Below, piece by piece: positions 13,045 through 28,286 of a stretch of 63,129 nt of DNA. The DNA is from Paraspadella gotoi. Lineage: Eukaryota > Animalia > Chaetognatha. A model generated the notes under the pieces. That model ran no database searches and was not told the origin of the DNA. It saw only the letters and a list, made by a program, of their open reading frames with translations. Position numbers and translations under genes: made by a program. Each line of letters begins with the position of its first letter. Position 1 is the stretch's first letter. Where the stretch lies: positions 22,967,704 through 23,030,832 of the forward strand of contig CM119263.1 of assembly GCA_051294375.1 (NCBI GenBank). Reading direction: 5' to 3'.

Positions 13045-16000
13045 AGAGACTGAATCACCTTCTTAGAACTAAAGATCTTTGTTTGAACTTCGCTCGAGTG
13101 ACGCAGAAAAAGGTAAGTGAAGGAGCCGAAGAGAGAGTAAGGGCCAAGTTGAGGGCGTCGGGGACCGGTTCCATCGCCTGTGGGAAGGTCTCCTCGATTT
13201 TCTATTGGATGAAGGGATTTCGTCCAGAAAGATCGCGACCAAATTGGGGTTTAATTTTTTTCGGATGAAGAATTGTTGATGAGTCGAGAAATCTTTTTTA
13301 AAAATGCTAATGTTTCCTTGACAATAGTTATTTAAAAAAAAATTGAAATAATATGATGGTTAGAAATTAAGTGAGAAATGTTATTTTTCATTTGAAGTTT
13401 TCGGGACATTTTAGGAAGAAAGAAAACGGGGAAACGAAAGCATGTTGGATAATTTTATTAATTTCTTGACTCAAAAGGAGAGAATCATGATGCGTTCGCG
13501 AAAATTTTCCATTAAACCTGTTTCGAAAGATGACATTAACTAGCGCTAAATATTCTTACTTTTAGGATTTAACAACGAAAAAAGTTTAAAAAAAAATTTT
13601 TTAAAAGGATATTAACACGCGAAGAGTCGAGCCAGACGGAAGACCAAAGAGAAAGGGGGCGGACGACCAAGTTGAGTAAAGGTATCAAAACCGTAATGGA
13701 CGTCGGATGAGTATTAAGCTCCGGGACGAGGAGGAGGAAGAGGAAGAAGATGACGATAAGCAAATCTTAAAACCGATTTCTGGATGCAGATTCTCTCTTT
13801 TTAGCCGGAAGGCGAGATCGAAAAGATGACTTCGTTTTGTTTGTAAACAAAACAGGAAAGATTCTAGAGTTGCGGAAACGTGGGGGGGAGAGGAATGGAA
13901 GAGAGAGAGAGAGGAGACGAGAGAGAGAGAAGACCAGAGATGAGAGAGAGAGAGACAGAGGAGATTCTGCATATTCTTCCCATAAAATCACGTTGTATTT
14001 CGAAATATGCAGTCCTATCAAAAAAAAAAAAAAAAAAAAAAAAATAACAGAAAAAAAAACCGCGCTACTTCTCATTTCAGATTTAAAAAAATATCTTATA
14101 TACTTAAAATTTTAAAAGTGATTTAAAGTTTTTTGAAAAATGATAAGTTTAATATAAATTTTAATAAAATTGAGCCATCCATTTAGGAGCAATCATTTTT
14201 TAAAATAAAGTATTCTACCACAAAGCTGAATGTAAAAAAATCTGATAGATTTTAGACAAATTTTTTTTTTAATATTTTATCCGGACGGATAGTTGAATAA
14301 CTTGATTTCCCCAAATCCATAAATAATAATCTTAAAATTATTAAAATACAATAAAATACAGGTCTATGGTTCTGAAGCTTTTACTTAGATTTCAAATGAG
14401 AGTAAAATGGAATGATCAAATACTGTGGCTAAATTATCTGATATAGCAACTTCAGATTTTTCCGTTTGGTTTTGGATCACTAAAGTTTCAAAAATCATAT
14501 CTCCTAAACCACTTTACCGATTTCATAAAATTTAAACATATTAATTCTTTCTAAAAAAAAAAAATTATATATTTTTAAAAATGTTTCTATAAAGTGTTCT
14601 GGTATTTAAAGTTTTAAGTGCGCTTTTTTTTTGCACAGGATTGTATATGACGATTGGCTTCTAGATTAAACCAGAAACCGCAGGATTTCCAGAGTTTTAC
14701 GAGGATGAGCTGGCGATCAAAACTGACGGAGGACACGGTGACGAATTCGACGACACGACGACGACGACGACGACAGTGACAGGAAATGATGTCGATGATG
14801 ATTAAATCCATTAATGAAAAAAAAGGTTGATCAAAGCGACAGGTTTTTTTTTTGAGAATCAAGTTTGCTTCGTCAGCGTAAAAAAACATTTGTGGAATTT
14901 CGGATAACAACGATAACGAAGACAAAGAAGCAGAAGAAGAAGCGAAGGCGGGGGGATGTTATTGTTTAGAGATTTCATCGGCAGAGTTGGATGTCGAATT
15001 CGATACAGTGATGGATGGAGTAAATGTAGTCCGGATTGGGTCGAATGATGGAGTAGCTGTAGTGCTGATGATGCAGAAAAATCGTAATAATATAGGCAAA
15101 TAATATTATTGCGTTCCGGTTCGGATGTCCTTTATCTAGTGAATAAAAATTAGATTAAACACGGAGAGTCAATTATATTTTCCATACAGAAAAAAAACCT
15201 TTAATTTTCGCGTTTAATTAAGATTTCGCCAATCACCTTATTTTTCCTGACGAATTGATTTTCCACGGTGGCGATCGTGACGTCATATATTGCGTTCCTA
15301 AAATTATTATTCGAAACAGTTTTGCTAAATTTCGGTTCGTCGGATTTTTCTCGACACTACATCATCTCGAGTTGGTTTTTTGAAGTCGAACCATTTGGTC
15401 AGAGACTCAGATTAAGTTTAAAGAATTTGGTTGTAAAAAAAACGAAAGAGATATAAGCTCTTGAGTTCAAAGCTTTCCAGTCTCGGTCCTCAGGCCAAAG
15501 CGATGGGCCCTCTCGCCTGAGCCAAACCGTTCCGGCCTCTCGTCCTGAGGCCAACCGTTCCGCAAAGCGTTTTAGGCCTTGGGCCAGACACATTCTGGAT
15601 TTTCTTGATTTCTTTTTATCTTTCTTTTTATCGACGAAATTAGGATTTTGTTTTGGCGCAAACGAAATAAAAAAAGGCGAATCTGGTCGAGTTTTCCTCT
15701 TACGTAATTTTATTTTTTTTTTTTTCGAAGAGCGTTGGTTGTGACGTGAATTGCACGATTTACATAAGTGTGTCACTTATGAAACGATACATTTTATTCC
15801 CTTGCAGCAATTTTAGGTCAAGAGTTTTTTTTATGATAGTTTTTGAACCCGATTGACACGACGGTCGATTATCACGGCGCTGCAATTTCTCACAAATCCA
15901 GCGCCGCTAGAGTCTCCGATCGAAAAGCTATTGGTCCTCTCCGGGTCCTCTTCGCAGGATACGAAATCACCGACTGCTGGCGGTGACAGTTCGAGGATCG

Positions 16001-16276
16001 TGGACTGGAACAGGATTTCGTGCGGCTTTATATTTATTTTTTTTAGGCGGGAAGAAGAAGAAAAAGAAGAAAAAGAAGAAAAATTAAAGTGAGGAGAGAA
16101 CAATAAATGTAAACGGGAAGAAAAGAGTTCGAACGAACTTAAGAGATGAGACCTGACAAGTGTGTTCTAACAAACTGTTTTCGTTTTCGTTGCACCCTTG
16201 AACCCCGCCTCTTAAAAATCTTATTGCGAAAAGGAGAGAAGAGAGAGAAGAGAGAGGAGAAGAGAGAGAGAGAGAG

Positions 16277-16354
<78 letters not shown>

Positions 16355-16904
16355 ATTGAACAGACAAGCGATTAAACTTTTTGACCTCTCTCGCGCAGAT
16401 CTCAAAAAATTTTAAGGAACAAAAAGACCCTTTTTATAGAAGATACTTATTTTTCTTTTTTTTATTTTAACTTTTTTCTAAAAAATGGACTTAAAAATAA
16501 AATTTTAATCGATGAGTTTGAGTGAGAATTACGAATCAAAGTTCGCGTTCCTTCGAAGTTTAACGTCGAAGAGAAAAAGGGGCGAAGAAATTATGACCTC
16601 TTTTTCTACTCGGTTAATTTTTTTTTAAGTTAATTCCATTAATTCACTCGACGTTATTAATCTAGTTATTAAAAATAACAAAAAAAGTGTTTCAGGTCGG
16701 ATCGACCGTTATTTTACAAAAAAAATTGATCGCGTGGATGAAGATGACGACATCTGATGACGACGACGACGATGACGACGATGAATCGACAACCACCAAT
16801 GCGACGATCACAACAACATCGATCCAGACGGTGAAGATCGAAATTGGGCAAAAAACGACGAGTTTTTTCCCGTTAATTGCGAAATTTATCGTCGGTAAAC
16901 AATT

Positions 16905-16962
<58 letters not shown>

Positions 16963-17310
16963 CCTTTAGATTTATATTTGTAAGCTCGTCTCGCTCTCAC
17001 TCTAACCACTAGCCATTCAATACAAATCAAAGTTCGTTAAATCGGATGCGAAACGACGAAAGAATTTTAATTAAGGAATCTCGTGGCAACAGTCGGCTCT
17101 TTTTAAGGCGACAGTCGACCCCGCGGGCAATCTCACTCGAAATGAATGGAATTCGAATTTTTATCGATATTTAAAACCGAATCGGCAAACTATGACGGCG
17201 ATAAAAAAAAAAGGGGCTAGAAACGAATACATATCCTGGCATCGGATCAAAATTGATTGATTAGTCAGAAAATGTTGTCATGGAATGATGAAAACTGAAG
17301 AGGAAGTTGG

Positions 17311-20300
17311 CAACAGAAAACATAAACAAACATAAATTGAAACGGAATGTATTCCCAAATATCGTGACTTAAAAAGGCCGTCGCAAATGAAATATTTTTT
17401 CAAGATTTAAAGAAAAATGATTTAGACCGAGAGTGAAAATTTCGAATTTATTTGATCAATGATCATGTATATAAAATTGTCACGAAGTAGTGTAGTGACT
17501 GTTAGAATTTTGACAGGTAGAACTAAGAAGACTCGCTTGTTTTAATGGATTGTCATCTTAGATTTATATTTCGTTGTAATATTGTAATGAGGCAACCTAT
17601 TTAATGTATTTTGTTTTGAATTCCAGTGACGAAAGGTAAAGAAAACAAAACCACATCGTAAATAGTTTAACCTTCGTTATATTCGTCAAGGTTTAAGGCA
17701 ACAAAATAATTCATCATTTAATAATGAAAATTGAAAGAATCTAAAAACGAAAGACGAGCGACAAGTGACACTTAAACGAAGAAGAAATCCGATTGTTTAA
17801 AATTTGTAAACATCACATTCGCAAATTCTGCCGAGTATTTGAAAATGAGTTGAAAAAAAAAAGAAAAATGTTTTAAACATTGGTTCTTTCCTTTGCCAAA
17901 ATAATAGAAAGAACGACTTAGGAAAAAAATTGAAAAAAAAAGTAAAGCAAATTAAAAAAGTTTATTTTAAAAAATAAAATAAAAACTAAGAAGTTCACCA
18001 GCCTTGAGGCCGCGAGCCAAAATAGTTTCTCTGGTTTCTTTCGATTTTTTAATAGTTTTTTTAATAAATTTCCAAAATTTCCATATTCGGTCTCGCGGTT
18101 ATTCTGTTTTGGCTTTGCGCAACAAAGAAAATAATGAAAACAAAATTTTTGTGTCGAAGAAAAAAAAAACCCCAAAAAAAACCACATTGTTTTTTTTTGT
18201 CGAAAAGTTTTTTCTTGACGAAAAAAAAAACAACTCAAAGTTTTTGTCCCACATTCATTGGGCGAAGAGACGAGAAAAAGACTTCGCAGGTGCAACGATG
18301 GCGCTGGTGCGGCGACGGGTGCAGCGTCGAACGCAGCCTCCGCCCCAGCGAAAGAGGCCGAACTGGAGGATGTGAGAAGCCCGCGAAATTTCGAATCGAC
18401 TCTCGAAGCCGAAATCGAAAAAAAAAGAAAAAGAAAAAGAAAAAGCGGAGGTGAGACTCTAGGATTCTGAAGCCAAAGTCACACCTCCGACCCGAGCAGC
18501 GGTGGTGGTTGGGGTGGTGGAGGTGGTTTTGAAGCCGAGGCCGTGGTTTTGAGTGGAAACGGTGGAGTCCATCTCTTGAGTGCTCGAGGATTGTAAGGGC
18601 GTTTGTTGTTGACATCATCAGGAATGTTTTTATCGCCGTCCTGCTCACCAAATTTGCTTGGTCGTTATCGCCGACTTGTTTTTGTCTCAATCTCTCTGGC
18701 GCGGGAAAAGTGGAAAAAGGTCCTCGCAAATCAAATTTTTGGGTCGTTGCTGTTTGCTGTAGTTGTTTTTGTTGTCGTCTTACTTCCGGCGACATGAGCT
18801 TCAGTTGCGTAAGGTGACGACAGGGACGATTAAGATGATGATGATGATGATGACGATGATGACAAATTCATCGGAAAAAAATTCTTAAATGTTCGAAAAG
18901 CTTTTTAAAGACGACGGAAGAGGAAGACAAGGTTGACAAGGAAATTGTAGAAAAACAAAAGAGTAACAACAACAACGAATGAAAAAAATTCGCATTGGAG
19001 AAGAAAACGACCCGAGCCTCAGTGCTTTTTTTTCTTTTGAGATGCGAACTACTAAAGTTTTAAATAGAAGGAAAAGAAGAAGAGAGAAAAAGGTTTTAAA
19101 AAAGATGGAGAGAGAGAATGAGAGAGAAGAGAGGAGAGAGAAGAGAGAGGAGAGAGAGAGAGAGAGAAGAGGAGAGAGTAGAGAGGAGAGAGAGAGAGAG
19201 GATGCGATCTACGCGCGATCTGTGCAAGGAGCCGAGAGGTTGAGAGAAGAAAGGGAGTTTCGCCGAAGGAGGGGGGGATGCAGAGGGGGGGAGTTAGACA
19301 GGGAGGAAGAGGCAAGAGGACAGCGAGAAAACGCAGAGAAGACGGGGGTCCGATGGACGAAGGATATTGACAAATAGGGCGATGGCGTCTTCATGCAGGA
19401 AGAGGGCAATCCGATGGCGATGAGAAGGGGGAGGCGGGGGAAGAGGTGTTAAGGTAAAAAGAATATTGAGCTCGCGAGTTCATCGAGCAATTTGGGAGGA
19501 AAAGGAGTTTGCATGGAGAGAGAGGCACATTGGGATATGATAAAAAAGAAGGTATTATTAGAGGAAGGTTTAAAGAGGTTTAAAGAGGTTAAGGTATTTT
19601 CTCCTCCCTCGTCTGGACATCTCGGCCGACATTCGGTTATAGAATCCGACGTCTTGGCCGACGGGACACAACAATAGGTAATTGTGATAATTATTTTTAT
19701 TACCTTCGCTTGAATTACATTGTATTAAATGTAATGTGTATAACTCACGTCTCCTTCATAACTCACGTCGAAGTGACATCGAGGGAAAAGGGATGAGAGG
19801 AAATGAGGAAAATAGGAAGGAAGAGGAGATGTGANNNNNNNNNNNNNNNNNNNNNNNNNNNNNNNNNNNNNNNNNNNNNNNNNNNNNNNNNNNNNNNNNN
19901 NNNNNNNNNNNNNNNNNNNNNNNNNNNNNNNNNNNNNNNNNNNNNNNNNNNNNNNNNNNNNNNNNNNNNNNNNNNNNNNNNNNNNNNNNNNNNNNNNNNN
20001 NNNNNNNNNNNNNNNNNNNNNNNNNNNNNNNNNNNNNNNNNNNNNNNNNNNNNNNNNNNNNNNNNNNNNNNNNNNNNNNNNNNNNNNNNNNNNNNNNNNN
20101 NNNNNNNNNNNNNNNNNNNNAATCTCGTTTCTTGATTGGACGGTCTGATTTTTAAGTGGCGGAAAAACTTGTGAATCGTCGTCGACGCGACGAACGTAAA
20201 ACTCACGAAATCCGCGAAAAGCCTTTTTTTTTGAGGTCGTGACTCGGGGGTCACCGACTCACCATATGGTGAAACGTGATGACGGGAGCGGTAGATGGCG

Positions 20301-22737
20301 AATGGCAGGATTGTGGTGAGAGAAAAGCGGATGGATGGATGGATGGAGTTTTAATTGAAAAATTAATAATTAAAGATAAACGGAAAAAATCGGCGGCTAA
20401 TTCGGTTTTTCAATCGTGATAAACGTGTTATCATTTGTGGGATTCAACTCAAAATCCTCAATGAAAAAAGAGAACAAAAAACTAAAGACAATTTGGGCGC
20501 CGATTCGACAAATTGCGGTCAAATGCAAATCTCTTGAATTTGACAGGGATTACAAAGGACAAGAACAAGATTATAAATAAAAAAAGAGAGGACAAACTTT
20601 GGCGCTTTTGGATCAGCCAATTAAACTCTCCTTTCAAAACAACGAAAGAAAAAGTTGATAAAATCTCGTAGGATTTTTGACGTTGCCGCAGAAAAAGGTT
20701 AAGAGTCGAGTCTTTGACGTCGTGAAGTCGGTGATCTTCGTCGATTGGTCGCCTCCGGATGAGTGGCAGTTCTCTGACAAAGAAAGGGATGGAACCGCGC
20801 GTGGCTTTTTGCAAAGGGTCGGTTCTGAGTCAATCGTTTAGACTTGTTTGGTTTGGAGTCGATNNNNNNNNNNNNNNNNNNNNNNNNNNNNNNNNNNNNN
20901 NNNNNNNNNNNNNNNNNNNNNNNNNNNNNNNNNNNNNNNNNNNNNNNNNNNNNNNNNNNNNNNNNNNNNNNNNNNNNNNNNNNNNNNNNNNNNNNNNNNN
21001 NNNNNNNNNNNNNNNNNNNNNNNNNNNNNNNNNNNNNNNNNNNNNNNNNNNNNNNNNNNNNNNNNNNNNNNNNNNNNNNNNNNNNNNNNNNNNNNNNNNN
21101 NNNNNNNNNNNNNNNNNNNNNNNNNNNNNNNNNNNNNNNNNNNNNNNNNNNNNNNNNNNNNNNNNNNNNNNNNNNNNNNNNNTGAGATCTGATACGATCG
21201 GTGCATAAACGGTTGCGTTGAGTTGTGGCCGATATTTAGATATTTATATCAGGCAATAGGGGTAGAGGGGAATTTCAGAATCGTGCGGGCGACCGGGAGG
21301 TTAATTTCCGACAGATAAAAAGGTTTTACACGCCGGCGGAAATAATCATAAGTTATTCCCAAGAAGACGGAAATACTATCTAGGAAAAAAAGTTAAACAT
21401 TTTAATTGAGGATATCATACTCGAAACTTCTCGATTTTTAAAAATCAGGATGTTTCAGATTCTACACTAAATTTCCTTTCAGTTGCTTCCTTCCATTTTT
21501 TCGTAGAATCCAACCCGTATAGAAGTTAGAGGCAAAAAAGATTGCAACCTCAAGTGAAAAAGGCGGAAAAAAATCGCCTTTAGTTTTCCACAATTCTTGT
21601 ATTGAGTTATTTGTTTCTATTTCAAATGGAGTTAGTTATTTTTTCATCTTTTTAAAATTGGTTATGCCGAATAGACAGCCCCTCTCTTTGGTTCAAAAGG
21701 TGCAATTGTAGCTCTTGAAAAAGAGGGAAAGACGCAACAATCATCAGCAATAGACTTGGAATCAACATCGGCTGAAAAGAATTGCGCTAAAGGTGTGGAA
21801 AAACATTTCACCTTCGTACCTCAATTCGCTTTATGAGAGTATGCCCAGACGAATGCAGCAGTGGTCGTGCCGAGGGGGCATACCAAATATTGAGATGTTT
21901 TACCCATGTTTTGTATTTTTTATTGAATAAATGAACTTTTAAAAAAAAATGTTTCTAACTTTTTTCCTAGATAGTAGAAAAAATAGAAGAAGAAAATTTT
22001 TTTCGTTTAAAATTGAAATTAAAAAATTGAAAAATTAAAATTAAAAATTTAAAAATTGAAAGGCGTCGACGGTGAATCATCCGCCTCAAAATGAGGGGGC
22101 GGCAAGGGGGGAACTTAAGACGGGGAAGGAGGGAAGCGAAGGCCGAGAGAGAAAAATCGTAAATCACTACGAAGAATAAAAATTCACGTCAATCGTGAGA
22201 CGGGATAAGGCGCTATGGGTGAAAGATAAAAAGATAAGAATAGGAGAATTTTAAAGCCGGAAAAAAAAATTCCATAGGGGACCGATTTAGGTTCAAATTT
22301 ATAGTTTTAATTGCAAGAGTCATCCCCTATTGTTATGAGAATTTTATTTCATATAAAGAATATTACAGTAGCATACATCAGAAATAAAATAAACCAAACA
22401 AATAAAAATAGAATTAGGAGGTTAACGTGAAGGAATACTAAGCTACGAGATCATTTCTATATTTTCATTGAAATAAGATAAAACTTTATTTTTCGTCAAA
22501 GTTAATCGTTTCATGAATCGATATGATAAATGTCAGGGTAACTAAAAGATTCTCTAGTGTTTCTGACGCTTTCCCATCTATGCCAGTTATATTCCGTTCG
22601 TCAATTTCATAGTTAAATTCAGGATTCCTTCTCTTTTCTCCCTGGCACTTGAGAATCCTTTAAATTCTTAACATAAAGCCCTACACCTTAGGCTAAACAA
22701 TTAGATCTTCGTTCTTATTCAAAAATCGTCTTTTAAA

Positions 22738-22773
<36 letters not shown>

Positions 22774-22967
22774 NNNNNNNNNNNNNNNNNNNNNNNNNTC
22801 AGGAGAGGGAGAGAGAGACAGAGAGAGAGGAGAGAGAGAGAAGATGAGAGAAGAAGATTCTCAAAAAGAGGAGGAGACAAAGATGAAGCAGAAGAGAGAG
22901 AGAGAGAGAGAGAAGGAGAGAGGAGAGAGAGAGAAGAAGATTTCTCAAAAGAGAGGCATTGAGAGAC

Positions 22968-23005
<38 letters not shown>

Positions 23006-24776
23006 AGAGAGAGGAGAGAGAGAGAGATGATTTTAAAGACGATTTTTGAATAGAACGAAGATCTAATTGTTTAGCCTAAGGTGTGGCTTTATGTTTAAAT
23101 TTAAAGGATTCTCAAGTGCCAGGAGAAAAGAGAAGAATCCTATTTAACTATAAATGACGAACGGAATAAACTGGCATAGATGGGAAAGCGTCAGAAACAC
23201 TAGAGAATCTTTAGTTACCCACTGACATTTATCATATCGATTCATGAAACGATTAACTTTGACGAAAAATAAGTTTTATCTTATTTCAATGAAAATATAG
23301 AAATGATCTCGTAGCTTAGTATTCTTCACGTTAACCTCCTAATTCTATTTTTATTTGTTTGGTTATTTTATTTCTGATGTATGCTACGTAATATTCTTTA
23401 TATGAAATAAAATTCTCATAACAATAGGGGATGACTCTTGCAGATTAAAACTATAAATTTGAACCTAAATTCGGTCCCCTATGGAATTTTTTTTTCCGGC
23501 TTTAAAATTCTCCTATTCTTATCTTTTTATCTTTCACCCATTAGCGCCTTATCCCGTTCTCACGATTGACCGTGAATTTTTTATCTTCGTAGTGATTTAC
23601 GATTTTCTCTCTCGGCCTTCGCTTCTCCTCCTTCCGTCTTAAGTTCCCCCCCTTGCCCCCCCTCTCATTTTTGAGGCGGATGATTCACCGTTCCGACGCC
23701 TTTCAATTTTTAAATTTTTAATTTTAATTTTTAATTTTATTTTTAAATTTTCAATTTTAAACGAAAAAAATTTTCTTTCTATTTTTTCTACTATCTAGGA
23801 AAAAAGTTAGAAACATTTTTTTTTAAAAGTTCATTTATTCAATAAAAATATACAAAACATGGGTAAAACATCTCAATATTTGGTATGCCCTCCCTCGGCA
23901 TCGACCACTGCCTGCATTCGTCTGGGCATACTCTCATAAAGCGAATTGGAGGTAAGAAGGTGAAATGTTTTTCACACCTTTAGCGCAATTCTTTTCAGCC
24001 CGATGTTGATTCCAAGTCTATTGCTGATGAATTGTTGCGTCTTTCCGCTCTTTTCTCAAGAGCTACAATTGCACCTTTATGAACCAAAGAGAGGGGCTGT
24101 CTATTCGCATAACCAAATTTTAAAAAAGAAAAAAATAACTAACTCAATTTGAAATAGAAACAAATAACTCAATACCAAGAATTGTGGAAAACTAAAGGCG
24201 ATTTTTTTCCGCCATTTTTCACTTGAGGTTGCAATCTTATTTTGCCTCTAACTTCTATACGGTTGGATCTACGAAAAAATGGAAGGAAGCAACTGAAGGA
24301 AATTTAGTGTAGAATCTGAAACATCCTGATTTTTAAAAATCGAGCAAGTTTTCGAGTATGATATCCTCAATTAAAATGTTTTAACTTTTTTTCTAGATAG
24401 TATTTCTACAACTGTCTTTCTTCCTATATAGTATTTCCGTCTTTATATGAGAACTATACTTAGTATTATTTCATCCGCGCGCGTTAGAAGACAACTTTTT
24501 ATCTGTCGAAATTAACCTCCCGGTCGCCCGCACGATTCTGAAATTCCCCTCTACCCCTATTGCCTGATATAAATATCTAAATATCGGCCACAACTCAACG
24601 CAACCGTTTATGCACCGATCGTAACAGATCTCAGTGTACCGACATCCCTTTACTGACGAGATGCTTTGCTTTACGACCTCACCGCACCCACCCATGGGAG
24701 ATCAAAAGAATTTCTCATAGCGGGAAAGCCTTTTTTTCAATTCAAGATCAAAGTCTTTTTAACAATCCTCGAAGCT

Positions 24777-24853
<77 letters not shown>

Positions 24854-26386
24854 CAAGTTTTAATTTTTCGCCCATATTTTCACCCAAGGATCATCGGTTT
24901 CATCGACTCCAAAACAAACAAGTCTAAACGATTGACTCAGAACGACCCTTTGCAAAAAGCCACGCGCGGTTCCATCCCTTTCTTTGTCAGAGAACTGCCA
25001 CTCATCCGGAGGCGACAATCGACGAAGATCACGACTTCACGAGCGTCAAAGACTCGACTCTTACCTTTTTCTGCGGCAACGTCAAAATCCGTACGAGATT
25101 TTATCAACTTTTTCTTTCGTTGTTGTGAAAGGAGAGTTTAATTGTTTGCGCCAAAGTTGTCCTCTCTTTTTTTATTTATAATCTTGTTCTTGTCCTTTGT
25201 AATCCCTGTCAAATTCAAGAGATTTGCATTTGACCGCAATTTGTCGAATCGGCGCCCAAATTGTCTTTAGTTTTTTGTTCTCTTTTTTCATTGAGGATTT
25301 TGAGTTGAATCCACAAATGATAACACGTTTATCACGATTGAAAAACCGAATTAGCCGCCGATTTTTTCCGTTTATCTTTAATTATTAATTTTTCAATTAA
25401 AACTCCATCCATCCATCCGCTTTTCTCTCACCAAATCCTGCCATTCGCCATCTACCGCTCCGTCATCACGTTTCACCATATGGTGAGTCGGTGACCCGAG
25501 TCACGACCTCAAAAAAAAGGCTTTTCGCGGATTTCGTGAGTTTTTACGTTCGTCGCGTCGACGACGATTCACAAGTTTTTCCGCCATTAAAAATCAGACC
25601 GTCCAATCAAGAAACGAGATTTGAGGTCGACAGCCAATCGGAAATCCCTTCTGTTGTCCTTCGTCGTCGAACTTGTGCATCTTAAACTTTAATTTAATTT
25701 TAAAGTATCGACGTCAAGGACCGAAGCGTCGCCGTTGTTCACGCTTTCGCAACCGACTTATTCCCCCGCCCCTTTCTCACCAAATTTCTCCCTTCGCGGT
25801 CGTAATCACATCTCCTCTTCCTTCCTATTTCCTCATTTCCTCTCATCCCTTTTCCCTCGATGTCACTTCGACGTGAGTTTATGAAGGAGACGTGAGTTAT
25901 AACACATTACATTTAATACAATGTAATTCAAGCGAAGGTAATAAAAATATTATCACAATTACCTATTGTTGTGTCCCGTCGGCCAGACGTCGGATTTCTT
26001 AACGCGAATGTCGGCCGAGATGTCCAGACGAGGGAGGAAAAATACCTTAACCTCTTTAACCTCTTCCTTCTAATAATACCTTCTTTTTTTTTCATCCAAT
26101 GTCCTCTTCTCATCACTCCTTCCTCCCAAATCTCCCCGATGAACTCGCATCAATTTCTTTTTTACCTTAACACCCTCTTCCCCCCCTCCCTTCTCATGCC
26201 ATCGATTCCCCTCTTCCTCATCCCATCCCTATTTTCATTCCTTCGTCTCGACCCCTCTTCTCGCGTTTCCTCGCTTCCTCTCCTCTTCCTCCTCTCGTCT
26301 AACTCCCCCCTCTGCCTCCCCCCCCCCGCGAACTCCCTATTCTTCTCTCAACCTCTCGCTCCCTTCGCACAGTCGCCGCGTTCGAT

Positions 26387-26476
<90 letters not shown>

Positions 26477-27134
26477 TTTTTTAACCTTTTCTTCTCTCTT
26501 CTTCTTTTTCCTTCTATTTAAAACTTTAGTTCGCATCTCAAAAGAAAAAAAAAAGCGAGTCGCGTTTCCTTCATCGATTTTTTTTCATTCGTTGTTGTTG
26601 TTACTCTTTTGTTTTTCTACAATTTTCTGTCACACCTTGTCTCCTCTTCCGTCGTCTTTAAAAAGCTTTTCGAACATTTAAGAATTTTTTTCGATGAATT
26701 TGTCATCATCGTCATCATCATCATCATCATCTTAATCGTCCCTGTCGTCACCTTACGCACTGAAACGCTCATGTCGCCGGAAGTAAAGACAACAACAAAA
26801 ACAACTACAGCAAAACCAGGCAACGACCAAAATTTGATTTGCGTGGACCTTTTTCCACTTTCCCGCGCCAGAGAGATTGAGACACAAAACAAGTCGGCGA
26901 TAACGACCAAGCAAATTTGGTGAGCAGGACGGCGATAAAGAACATTCCTGATGATCAAACAAACAAACGCCCTTAAAATCCTCGAGCACTCAGAGATGGA
27001 CCTCCAACCGTTTCCACTCAAAACCAACGGCCCTCGGCTTCAAAACCACCCTCCAACCACCAACACCACCGCTCCGGCTCGTCGGAGGTGTGACTTTTGT
27101 GCTTCAAATCTAGAGCCTCTCCCTCCGCTTTTTC

Positions 27135-27172
<38 letters not shown>

Positions 27173-28286
27173 CGATTTCGCTTCGAGAGTCGATTCGAAT
27201 TTCGCGGGCTTCTCACATCCTCCGTTCGGCCTCTTTCGCTGGGCGAGGGCTGCGTTCGACGCCTCACCCGTCACGCCGCACCGCGCCATCGTGCACCTGC
27301 GAAGTCTTTTTCTCGTCTCTTCGCCCAATAATGTGGGCAAAAACTTTTGAGTTGTTTTTTTCGGTCAAGACAAAACTTTTCGACAAAAAAAAAAACAAAA
27401 AAACAATGTGGTTTTTTGTGGGGTTTTTTTTCTTCGACACAAAATTTGTTTTCATTATTTTCTTTGTTGCGCCAAAGTTCCAAACAGAAATAACGCGGAG
27501 GCCGAATATGAAATTCTGCAAAATTTATTAACAAACTATTAAAAATCGAAGAAACCAGAGAAAACTTTTTGCTGCGGCCTCAAGGCTGGTAAACTTCTTA
27601 GTTTTATTTTATTTTTAAAAATAAACTTTTTAATTTGCTTTACTTTTTTCTTTCCAATTTTTTCTAAGTCGTCTTTCTATTATTTTGGGCAAAGGGAAAG
27701 AACCAATGTTTAAAACATTTTTCTTTTTTTTTTCCACTCATTTTTCAAATACTCGGCAGAATTGCGAATGTGGATGTTTACAAATTTTAAACAATCCGGA
27801 TTTCTTCTGTCGTTTAAGTGTCACTTGTCCGCTCGTCTTTCGTTTTTTTTTAGATTCTTTCAATTTCATTATTAATGATGATTATTTGTGTGCCTTAAAC
27901 ATTGAAGAACTATAACGAAGGTTAAACTATTTACGATGTGTGGTTTGTTTTTTCTTACCTTTCGTCTTCATGGAATTCAAGCAAAATACATTAAATAGGT
28001 TGTCACATTCAATATTACAACGAAAATATAAATCTAAGAAGACAATCCATTAAAACAGCGAGTCCTCTTAGTTCTTACTTGTCAAATTCTGAAACAGTCA
28101 CTACAATACTTCGTGACATTTTATATACATGATCATTGTCAAATAAATCGAAATTTTCCACTCTACGGTTCTAAATTCATTTTCTTTAATCATTTGAAAA
28201 AAATATTTCATTTGCGACGGCCTTTTTTAGTCACGATATTTGGGAACATTCTGTTTCAATTTATGTTTGTTTATGTTTTCTGTTGT
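17311..28286. repeat. ~11-kb inverted duplication (arms ~5.5 kb) centred on an N-gap at 22774-22798
   Basis: 17311-22773 is the reverse complement of ~22799-28286 (e.g. 22700-22742 vs ~23027-23070; 17311-17390 vs 28210-28286). The arms differ mainly by small indels. N-gaps in the left arm (19835-20120, 20864-21182) are filled in the right arm. Confidence 0.9.

Noticed and set aside
12246-13270. GC-rich islands with short ORFs
   Set aside because: I could not derive a recognisable domain or a consistent splice model.
18235-18795. 186-aa ORF in the left palindrome arm
   Set aside because: The frame is not preserved in the mirrored arm, it runs through homopolymers and it has no recognisable motif.
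19763-21208. Long ORFs made of X residues
   Set aside because: They span assembly gaps (19835-20120, 20864-21182).
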